A DNA stretch of 64,000 nucleotides from Haplodiscus bocki (taxonomy: Eukaryota): positions 100,316,001-100,380,000 of the forward strand of contig OZ296652.1 of the NCBI GenBank assembly GCA_965655095.1, read 5' to 3'. Positions within the stretch are counted from its first letter, which is position 1; every line of letters begins with the position of its first letter. The notes beneath the pieces are model-generated. The model made no database searches and was not told where the DNA came from. It saw nothing but the letters and a program-made list of their open reading frames with translations. Both the position numbers and the translations under genes were made by a program. Below are positions 1 through 10,294 of this stretch, piece by piece.

Positions 1-480
1 TCCCGCTCCCTCACCTGCCCCTCTCCCAAAATGTAAAATACCAAATTTTTCGGCACTGTGAAACAAATTTTCCGACCAGAATCATGATACTACCCTCTGC
101 TTTACCAAATTTTTCGGGAGACAAATTCTTTCCAACCCAAAAAGCTGTCGGCAGTGAGACAAAAATTTTCGACAAAAAAGGTTGATACCTTCCTTGCACA
201 TGCCAAAAACTTTCAAAACGAAGCTCCGAAGGTTTTCCAGACACCCTTTTCACGCAAACACCATTTTGTGGATACGCCCCAATTCCAAAAAACTTTCGTG
301 ATACCCCCTGTGCAAAATCCAGAAACTCCGAAAGGCAAATATCAACTTCTTAGCTCCCAAGGTGGTGTGTAAAGTTCCCAAAATCCCTTCTCCGATTTTT
401 TTTGCACCGAAAAACGTTGGACGAAAATTTTGATACTGCACTTGACAATTTTTCCTCCAAAATCTATAAGCTTTCAAACA
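1..480. repeat. Fragment of a dispersed non-coding repeat family with recurring (T)GATACCCC-like motifs
   Basis: Motifs tgatactaccc, tgatacct, ggatacgcccc, gtgatacccc and tgatactg recur amid A/T runs. Similar motifs occur at ~19070-19160, ~26910-27060 and, reversed, at ~29780-29850. No credible ORF. Confidence 0.4.
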
Positions 481-1449
481 GTAATATCAACTCCGTCCTA
501 TGAGTATTTTGAGCCATACGGGTGGCTCCAACGGGCTGTTCCCGGCTTGTTATCCAATAAAAATCACATTTTCCCCTGAAAAAAATTCAGAAAATAGTCA
601 TCAAAGCTTTGCCGGAAATTTTATCCCTTACTGTATTGACATCCTCGCCCCATCGATTAATAACTTTTGGATGTTTAGTTCCTGACGCGACCCGATTACA
701 TGAATTTTAATGTTATGAAACTTCAGAGATAACCTGCTAGTAAATAATCGCACGCAGGAGACAAAAGAAACAGCAAAATCACACAGCAGGAATATCCGTA
801 AAACAGGAAACAAAATTACATTGCTTGCTCCTTCCACTATGACGTGTATTGTTTGCACCACAGAAATCAATAGGCCCCACAGAAACATACAAATTCAAAA
901 ATTAAGACTTTCGATTGGTTTGTTGAGCCATTGAGACATTGAAGACTAAAGTTGTCGGATAATTCAAAAGTTTTGATCAACGCATCAATTCATTAAATGA
1001 AAAGGGACTTTATGTAAAAGAACAAAAAATCCATCAAAGTTGCCATTTTCTCTCCAAAATTTGCTGAATTTGAAGAAAATTGGTAAAACTATGAGACTAT
1101 AACGCCTTCGAATGAAAATGTAACATAAAATTTCTCTTGGATGACAGAAAAGAACACACGAAAAAACGAAAATTACCTGTATCGGTTGATAGAGTAGTAC
1201 ATATAAATATGACTTACATGTTAAGAGTTCAAAAAATTGAATTACTTGAGATGTTATCGATTTTCGACTTAAATTAAGGCAACAAAAAGAACAGGAATTT
1301 TCTGAAGAAGTATTAAAATATCTAAAGCTTTTCCAAAATTTATCTTTTTGTATTAAATCATGGTCGACTCGTAGCTAAAAGAGGATCTGCAACTTGAAAA
1401 ATGTATAAAAATTCAAAGCATCTAGTCTTTTTTCAGCTGAATGTAAAGC

Positions 1450-2330
1450 ACCAGAAGTACCATTCCACACAAAATTTCAAACGTTCGAAAAGTTTGACAA
1501 AAGATATCACTCTATCTAATTCAGCTGGATGAGGAGTCACGAAGGTGATTTGCAAGGCAAAAGAATAAAGCTTCCGGGAATGTTGGGAAATAACTCATTT
1601 TCGCGGGTTCGAAAAAAATATAAATTACCTTTCTCTTGCAGAATGTCTAGTTTTTCATCGGGAAATAACCAAAAAATTTCTTTCGCATCGGTCTTAATTG
1701 CACTCATAACTAAAAAGCAGAATCTCAAAGCAAAAGAGCGAATATTCAGCATAACTCGAAAAAATAGCTGCTTGTCTTGCACGTTAGTCCAGCCATCAAA
1801 AAACATCACCGAAATATTATGTTGAAACAATTCTACCGTAATTATCTAGACTTGCGCTTCTGTATCGTATCGTTTTTGACGTGTAGCTAAAGTTGGAAGG
1901 CAAAATGAGAACATTCTTTTTGACGAAACTTTCTAAATTTTGAACAACTTTTTGCAAAATTAACGTTTTGAATTTACTTATGCTATTGCCGTCGATAAAA
2001 AAGATGATTCGCAAGGCAAGAGCAAAGAAATCCAAAAATTGCTAAATTTGGCTATTATTCGTACAATAAAAAGAACAAAATTTTGAGTTAATTTTTCCAG
2101 CAAAAAAACCGAAAGTTTTTGGATCAAACCTTGGTATTAGATTTGCATAATTCTGTGATAAAAAATGATTTATAGGATAAATTAGTAAAACTCGGCCAAA
2201 AAAAGCGGAAATTTCAATTTGTGATTTATTACAGACCAGAGAATTTGGCAACAATTGCAAAAAGACCGCTTTGTACTGTTTAAGACAGGTTTCTTGCGTA
2301 TTTGACGTTTTCGAGGTTGAAAGTTGCTTT
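1450..2330 (-). pseudogene. Decayed hAT-superfamily (CGGBP1-like) transposase remnant
   Basis: Collinear minus-strand fragments: a Cys cluster (FCNCCQ, ~2260), RIIFFIDGNSISKF...LESFVKKNV (1817-2035) and SVMFFDGWTNVQDKQLF (1537-1830). The last resembles the first catalytic Asp motif (D-x-W-T) of hAT transposases. Many frameshifts. Confidence 0.4.
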
Positions 2331-3612
2331 TTAATAGTTACGCAGCTTCACAACTTACTCCATAGAGACTGAGGTTGAAATCATTAAGTTCGACAGAAGT
2401 GTCCGGAACATAGTCTAGTGGTCTGGTCTACGTAGTCAAGATAAAATTTTTCTTCGACTTCGATAGTAAAAAAAAGGCAGTGCCAGTCTTGGCTTAAGTA
2501 GCCGCTTTTGACGAGAAAAGTGTTCGAATTATGGTGACTTTGTTCTGTCATCGCGTAAAGCTAAGAACTTTTCGGGCATCAAAATTTGCAGGCATACAGT
2601 ATCTATAAGACCAGCTTTACAGACCTGGAACGTGATAACAACATATAGACACCTTTCAATACACAAAAATTTTGTGCAAAGGCACATTCCAAATAAAGTT
2701 GTACTAAGGACTTTCTCATAGTATATACCGTACCGATGAATCTTTCGACTAAATTTTCGATTTGGCGAACTGAGAAAAATTTTCAATGCAAGACAACTGA
2801 TCACAACAATTTTTTGTCCGAAAAGCCACAATATTTTCAAAAAGAAGAGCCCCAAGGTGCGTTTGTGCTTTAGCGTGCGGCGCTGACTTGTTTTGTTCCG
2901 TTCCCGGATTGTTTTTCCTAATCCAGAAACCATGCATTAATTTCCATTTCAAACGATGAACGGAACTGAATCTAGTACGGGTTTGGTTAGTACCTCGCCA
3001 TAACTTAATTCAATTGCATGCCAGAGTGTTAACGCTGAAGACTGAGTATGCTGTTTCAATGTGGCCCAATCAGCTTCCGTACGGCCTCAAGGACAGTGAA
3101 TGGATCAACTTTGACTCATAACGGCGCAGAGAGTCTTCACCAGTCAGTGCTACTCTTCGTGATGCAGCAAAGGCAGTGACATCGGGGAAATACTGTATCA
3201 TCGCGGGAGCAAATTCCTAAATGGTTTGTAGTCTTCTGCCAGAGCGATACTTGGGATCCTTTCAGTTAGAAGTTGTCTGTACCAGGGGTTCAGCGGTTTG
3301 ACTGCTTCAGAGCTTCAACTCAGCAGAGCTATACAAGTATGTTCCAAGAAAATGTTCAGTCAAATAATATTTAATTTCACCGCTCTGCTTCCGAATTTCT
3401 TGCTTCCGCAACCATATGATGAAGAATTTAAGCGACAAATTTTTTACTAAAAGATCGATCAAGTAGCTTGTATTAATGAAAACTTCAATATGTTTGACTC
3501 GAAAGTTTTAAGGTCTCACATTTGGAATTATTTAAAGTCCATATACATATGAAGCTCAAAGTTTTTAGGTTTTGCCTTGTAAAATTGAATTCTTTTGTTA
3601 AGTGCCGTCTAA

Positions 3613-4019
3613 TGTATGTACACCTACTTCTAGTTTACTTCTTTTATGCCAGAGCCGATTTCAGTACCTTCAGAATTTTCAGGTAGAATACGTTTCCGAT
3701 GGATGTGAGGTCCCTGCGATTGGACTTGCTACAAGCTTCAACTCAACAAAGGAGAGAAATTTTGTTATTTAAATAAGTCAACTTTCTTCTAGAACGTTCA
3801 AATCTGGTTGTGTCAGATATTAAAGAATATAGATTATTTAATAAATTAATGTCCAAACTAAAGATAGGGAGTAGTTTATCTGAAATATAGCGCCGTTTAG
3901 ACTCCCAGAAGTGCAAAGTTTACGTTTTGTTCATATTTTCTTTAAGGATAAGTTTTGATGGGCCCATTCTTTAAATAAGTATTTTCTGCTTTAGTTGCAA
4001 CATAACATGGAATGTTACA
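3613..4019 (-). mobile_element. Putative 3' LTR (~400 bp) of an env-bearing LTR retroelement
   Basis: On the minus strand it starts TGTAACA immediately after a polypurine tract and ends ...GTACATACA (TG...CA termini). It lies ~440 bp downstream of the env-like ORF on the same strand. No matching second full copy was seen. Confidence 0.55.
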
Positions 4020-4033
4020 CTATCCTCCTTTCT
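4020..4033 (-). promoter_or_regulatory. Polypurine tract (PPT)
   Basis: The minus strand reads AGAAAGGAGGATAG|TGTAACA, the canonical PPT-LTR junction layout. Confidence 0.6.
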
Positions 4034-4457
4034 GTCACTTCGCCGGTGGTTCATCATCCTGTAAAAGAAGGCGAAGGAAGGTCATGGGTCTCAAAAGCAG
4101 AACAGTCCTCTCCAGAATGGCATAGTTTATATTGAAATTCCATATTCGAAAGGTGCAATCGCTCCAAAATGTCGTTGAAGACTTGCGAATAGTTCCCATA
4201 AGAAAGTCGTCATCAAAAATGAGTATGCAGAATCCAGAATACCCGTCGTTGCATTGCCAACACACAGTCGTCCAATCCCAAGAAGCTTATATATTTTATA
4301 AAGTTTACTACACTACAATTATCTGAAAATGATTCCAGTGATAAAAAGTTTCAAAAGGATTATGATGACAATCAGCTTGCCAAAGAATATGTTCTGGTTC
4401 CATCACCAACGGTTCGAAAAAGAATACGTACCGTCACGAAACTCATTCGTATTTCGG

Positions 4458-6610
4458 TCAAGGGACTTGCTGCACATTGTGCGGTGCGTTATCTCTTGAA
4501 AGAATTCCGAGATTTTGAACATTCTCAACTGGCGGCGCAGTCGAAGTGACTTCCTCACAAGCAGCTAGATTTGGGTTGGATATCTCGCGGAAACTTTGCT
4601 CGGATTGAGCTCGGCTGAATGTTCGAAATTTTGCCGAGTTCTCAGGTGCAGGTAGTACATGTACTGGGCTTAAGGCATCACTATATGCAGGGGCTGTTTC
4701 AGAACAGCTGTTTCGTCTCGTTGCTTTAGGCTTTCTAGGGCACAAGAGGCCACGCCAAAGTGGAGTAGTGAACTGGAGATGTTTATAGCGGTGATACAGC
4801 CAAACAACAAGTACATGAAGTAGCATAGAACCAGCAAATGAAATCAAACTCATGACCAAGGAATGTTTGATGGAGAGACGAGCTTTTCGGAGCGCATTTT
4901 AGGAATTTCGAGTAAGCGTTCAAAAACTTCTTTGAGTAAGGCAACTCCTGCCTCTGTCTTCGTAAAGTAATAGGTCATATCATCAATTGCTGGTATTTCG
5001 CTCCACAATTGTTTCAAAGAATCTGGAAACTTAACATTTACTGAGATAGCCGAAAGCTGCACAAGCACTGAGGTCCGATCTTAGCTTGATGTGAGGACCA
5101 GATATTCGCCTTCCGCACTTCAAGGTGAATATGCAGATTCGGCATCCTGGATATTTTTTAATTGCATAAGACGTAGTAGATTCGTCGGGTTCATATGAGG
5201 TATAAGCAGTTGTAGCCGAAGTAACAAGCCAAGCTCCAAAGCCTGAGTTTTCTGCTTTTTCCGTCGATCGTAGTACTATTTGATCAGTTTCGCAAATTTG
5301 GAGAGCTTCAACGCTATCTTTGAAGAAGAGAGTTGCTAGGCAGGACTCGTGCCTTGCTTCAGTGGCAGCCATCTAGGCATATCTGATAGCTTGTAGATCC
5401 GATACATTGTGAGAGATCATGCTCAGTTAAGAAGGCTGTAACATCGTTGTTTTCTGAAAATGCTAAGTAAGGGGCTTCTAATTTCCAATTAATTGCCATG
5501 TCATTTTCCGGTTGAGGCATTGGGACTGCTATAGCTGCAAAGACTGTCAACGCTGATTCTTCTGTTGCTAGTGGAATTGCTATGGGCATGATAAGTCCTT
5601 GCTAGGCGACTATAACATCACGTAATAATTTCGATTCGTAGTAGGCTAATATTTCTTCAATAGGAATTGCTAAGGTGAGTTTGTCCGATACTTGCCATTG
5701 TTCCAATGCGAAATTGTCTAGAATTTTAAGGAGCGATTGTCTGGGAACTAGCGGAATAGGAAGATTATGAAGAAGCATTGGCTGTATTCAATTCATCATG
5801 TTAATCCGATAAGTTTAAAGAGCGCCTCTATAACTTTTATTGATTGCCAAAATAGCTTCCAGCAATGAAGAAACAGTATGATAATTGAAATTTATTTGCT
5901 GTCGAGAGAATAAGAGCTAGTCACAGACCCGTAAAACATGAAAGTTATCCTCGAAGATTTCAAAAAGTTTTTTGAATAACTTTCCACTTACGATTTTGGA
6001 TTTCAAGCATTTCCTTTTGAATGGATTTAAATGCAGCAAGCTCCGTCGTAACCATGAAAAATTTGTCGTTAACGTCGCTTCGTAATTTGAAAACATCTTC
6101 CGCTAGGGGTTCCGTGGACTCTGCTTTTTGCTCTATGTTAGCTGCGTTTTGCTTTGCTCGTTCTTGACAAGATCCGAAAATTCCCCTAAGTCCGCATTAG
6201 GAAAGATGGAGTGTAGTTGCGGAGAGCGATGAAATGTTGCTTTGCAAGACGAACCTCGTTCCGAACTTGATGTAACAGCCAGTCGAAATCGAAAGTAGAA
6301 TCATTCGTGTCAAAATTAGAAGAGTAGTCCAGATGACATTGCCAAATCGAATGGCTCCAAAGACTTCCCAGTTTCTTTATGTAGGCGCCCAGGTCGGCAC
6401 TCACGTTCATGTCAAACTTTGGAAAGGGAACCAGAACATCAACATTTGAAAACCTTTCAGCTCACAGAATCATTGTAACGTGGCTGAAAATGATGCCATT
6501 TGCGAGTAATGCGCCAGAATCTTCGCCGGCAGCAGTGTCAGATTTCCATTCAGACGGGGCGCGATTTGCAGCCAGTAGGACGAATACCACTGAAAAAACA
6601 CGGTGCGTGT
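4458..6610 (-). pseudogene. Env / class I viral fusion glycoprotein (baculovirus-F / errantivirus-Env-like), copy 1, frameshifted
   Basis: Collinear minus-strand pieces: signal-like HRVFSVVFVLLAA, VLVPFPKFDMN...LWSHSIWQCHLDY, CGLRGIFGSCQERAKQNAANI plus heptad-like DVNDKFFMVTTELAAFKSIQKEMLEIQ, a Cys-rich ectodomain (QCIGSTSYQIC, SCLATLFF, CRICIFTLKCG, SDLSAC), TM MSLISFAGSMLLHVLVVWLY, and a cytoplasmic tail. About 715 codons with several stops and frameshifts. Confidence 0.75.
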
Positions 6611-7329
6611 AAAAAGGAAATGCTACGGAAGAACTCGGGAGAAAAGTATACACAAAAAGAAAAACTATTGGTGCAGGATTCTTTTTGTTAAACCCCGTGG
6701 AGAAAGTTATTCCGATTTTTTCAGATGTCGCGATAAAAATGTGTTTCGAGAAAAAAATCAAGGCCATAACAATTATCTGTCGCCCGGAAAAACCTTGCAG
6801 AGGAAACATCTGCATCAATACAGTAATTACTGCATGTCAAGCCACAATGGAAGAGCCAATAGGCGGTCAAGACCAGTCAGGGCAAATGATTCTTATTCCT
6901 ATGTTTGTCATTCTCTTTCTGTTCAATTTGAACAAATGCATCTAATTTCCAACAGCATAGAAAGCGAAGAAAACTGAAACCATTACCCTGGAGACTTAGT
7001 TTCTGGTTGAGATGTAGTATAAAATTTCGTTTGTTTTTCTTGGTTTAATTGTAGTAGTTAGAAAAAAATGCTTTTAAGAGTGACCTGTTCTGTTTAGTGT
7101 ATTCTAATGGAGATTGCCTTTGCCCTGGGAACACAAAATCGCCGCCAGCAGCGTTTTAGTGATAAACTTCAGATAATTGTTATGAAAGCTATGAGTATGG
7201 AAATGACAAAAAGCAGTTTCAATGGGAACGGAACAAGGTGAGTAACAATCTTTTACTAGTTTCACTTAAAAGATAGGAACATCATTGCCTCTGCAGTTGT
7301 TTTGAAGCAGAAAAGGTAAACGTGAGATT

Positions 7330-8525
7330 AATGACTGGTAATGCCACTTGTGTTCAATAAAGGGAATTTGTTCAATAGCAAGAGCAGTATGACTATGTGT
7401 TGTTTGTTTCAGCGCTGTGAGAACAACTAGGTGGAGTGAGACTCTGGAATATCTCATTTTGGATCACATCTCCAGAGCCGAAAAGTTGAACAAATTGGGG
7501 TGGGTTTCTGTGCCAACTATTGATGGAAAAGGATGCTATACGTGGGATCAAAAAATTACCAGAGCAAAACAAATGATCCAAGAAATTGGGTATTTAAATG
7601 ATTGGGCGGAGGTACCAGAAGGTATTAAAAATCAGCAGTTATCCATCGTTAGTCCTGAATTGAGCCACAAAGTAAAGGCTATGGAGTCTCGATTGCTATT
7701 CATTTTGAATATCAGAAAACATTTATTAATCCCTGTGAAACAACTGTATGGAAAAAATTCAAGCCACGATGATAAGTATACAAAAAGCCGACTGCTTGTT
7801 CATTTAATCTAGAGGGGTTGGTCAAAGTGCAAGTGCCCGAATCGTTAACTCTCACTAAACTTGTTGGTATTGTATCATATGGGCCCTGGTTTACTGGAGA
7901 ACATATTGAAACAGGTGGCGATGACAGTATCACTCATGTACCCGTGGGGAGAAAAATTGTATTTATTGCTAAGCGGGGTAAGTCAACACGGTGGCTTTAG
8001 TCGCATTTTACCTCCGCGAAGGCAGTGGTGAACTGCCTATCGAAACCTCATTCAGAAGCAATGAGGCGTATTGTACGATTTTACATAACGGATCCTTCAT
8101 CGCTAAAGATTCAAACAACCTTGTGGTCACGTACTGTGATTATTTTATCCCATGGGCCTGCGTTGATTGTTGGTTTTGAAGGAAAATTATATGACGACAA
8201 GAGGGGGCAGCAAGTCCTCTCATAATATTCAAGTGGCGTCGACCAAAACAAAATGAAAATGTGGTTGGAAAACGCATCTGTTAAAACAGTAATACAGAAG
8301 TTGAGAAATTGCGCTAAAGAAAAAACTGCTATGGCAGAGCAACTGGAATGCTTACACTTTGATGAACAACCAGCCAAGATAACTCCCAAGGCAATGTCTG
8401 TCCACGTACCAAAAAGACAACGAAAAATACTTGCTGTGGGTAGTTTTAGGAAAAATTGCAACAAAAACACGAATTCAAAAAAGGTCAGTGAGAAGCTAAA
8501 TAATACATCCGAGTATTTTTTTTGA
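7330..8525 (+). pseudogene. JmjC-like Fe(II)/2-oxoglutarate dioxygenase with N-terminal Cys cluster, disrupted
   Basis: ORFs 7818, 8025 and 8253 share one frame. FTGEHIETGGDDSITHVPVGRKIVFI resembles the JmjC T-x-x-H-x-D/E-x-GG...H...G-x-K block. The downstream LWSRTV...LIVG resembles W-x-H-x-V...G, with the His codon CAT appearing as CGT. An upstream frame gives CHLC...CVVC. Confidence 0.6.
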
Positions 8526-8789
8526 AGACCCGGGTGGGAACCTACAGTAAAAGTCACGCGTTTAAGCGAAAGTGGCACAATGAAAGGCCGAAATTGGTCA
8601 ATAGTGTTTAACAGGTAAGTATGTGACACATGCACTCTAATTGATACACAATCGTCACTGGGACCATCCTGTTTCTTATGTATTCCCGACTGTTTGACCG
8701 TTGGAAGGCTGAAGTAGCAAAAAGATGAGTATTGGGAAGGTGAGTTCACACCAAATCACATGTTGTTTGTGTGAATTGTCTTTGATTTT

Positions 8790-9360
8790 TTGAGAACCTT
8801 GGTAAGTCAGCAGGAACCACACCTCAAGAAAAGTGGTCGTGTTTTTACCAAGTTACTAAAAACTATTTAATTTACCCGAAATCAATGGGGAAGAGACAAA
8901 CTCAGCGTCGTATCGTGGGCATTTCTAACTTTTCACCAAAAAATGGAAAAACTGCGGTAAAAATATTTCGAAATTGGAGTCTGTGAAAAATGTAAGTCTC
9001 CAAAAAGTCTAACCAAAACTGGTCGTGTTTCTTCAGTTTAGGGAAGAAAGCCACCAAGACAGCATGAAAAAAAGAAGCAAAGAAGTGCTCTTGTCACTAC
9101 CGTGGCATATTTTTGAAAAAAGCAAAAAAAAACAAAAGTCTTGAAAAAAACTCAAAACATGCATTGATTGGAGTTCCAGGTGGGATGACTAGAGAAAAAA
9201 CGGTCTTGTTTTATCCAGCATAGAGACAGGGGAAAAACGGTGGCGAACTTCAAAGCACAAAAGAGGTCCGGACGGACGTATCGTGGCGGTTTCTTGAATA
9301 CTGGCCAAAAAAACTGGCAAAAAGGTGAAAAAAAGTGTCCTGTAGGAGTCTTTGTTGGTT
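8790..9360. repeat. Diverged tandem repeat, ~185-bp period, ~3 copies
   Basis: Recurring blocks: aaaa.tggtcgtgttt (~8830, 9016, 9197), cgtatcgtgg (~8908, 9097, 9277) and ggagt(c/t) (~8978, 9170, 9345). Confidence 0.5.
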
Positions 9361-9619
9361 AAGAGTTTAAATTAAGGAGACAGGGCATTAAAACAGGTTT
9401 GGGGGTGGGGAGCATACCATCTTACATTTCATGTGCACGATTAAGAGGGTTTCTTTTTTGGTTATTTTTCTTTACTTCCTGAACTCAGAGCAAAATTCCC
9501 TCTTACAAAAAGTTAGCTGTGACCGAGAGGTGCGAAAAGTTGGTAACAGATCACTCAAAGATTAACTCAGTTTTTCACCTGTGTGACCGAATAGCGTGAT
9601 TTCAGAGTTTGAATTATGA

Positions 9620-10294
9620 GTGAAAAATCAAAAAAGCACTGTTGATACGGGGATGGAGAAAAATGCCAAGCGACTGCCTAGTGTGACTGGGATAAAGGAT
9701 CTATTGCAGCCCTTCGTCATTCCAGGTGGCCTATGTGTCTCGTACCCCCGGACTGCACAGTTAAAGATGGCTCAAGCATCATCACTTGAAGACATCAAAC
9801 TCTGGAAAATGAGATGTGTCTGGGAGGAAAACTTGGGGCTTTGATGGTCCAGTGAGTGGCATGTCCCTCGTGTAGAGGAGTATCCAGGACGAACTGACCC
9901 GTTTCATTTGAGGCATTTCAAGAATAAAGACACGGCCTCAATTCAAGAAAGGGTTTCAATTGTGGAAGGGCGATGGTTCCAAGCGGTGAGTTTTCCTGTT
10001 TGGAGTCAATTACACGTTAAAACACTAGCCTCGGCGAACGCCCACCGGTTATGGTTTTTCAGGCCGAGCAATTCTCAAGGTAAGCTAGCTAGTCGTTTTC
10101 TGCAATCGAGCAAGGATTGGGGGACTTGTTGAATAGGGATGGAAAACGGGGCAGCTACGCTATCATGTCCAAGGTCCGGGAGATACACTGTTCATTCCTC
10201 CCAAAACATCGCATTGCCATTGAACTGGTCAGGAGTACAAGTCAGAGTCGCTAATATTCAGTTCTGGCGAGTGAGAATAAGATGTTGTATTTGA
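9620..10294 (+). pseudogene. Unknown accessory ORF remnant (~225 codons, two internal TGA stops)
   Basis: ORFs 9620-9844 and 9908-10132 and the following 54 codons are all in one frame. The protein is Trp-rich and no family was recognised. Confidence 0.4.

Noticed and set aside
2529-3210. Coding-like fragments including a TRFSS motif
   Set aside because: A single short motif without supporting context; no family could be assigned.
8111-8749. 212-aa ORF, the longest in the track
   Set aside because: It is antisense to the JmjC-like frame, has a non-ATG start and no recognisable motif. Likely a shadow ORF.
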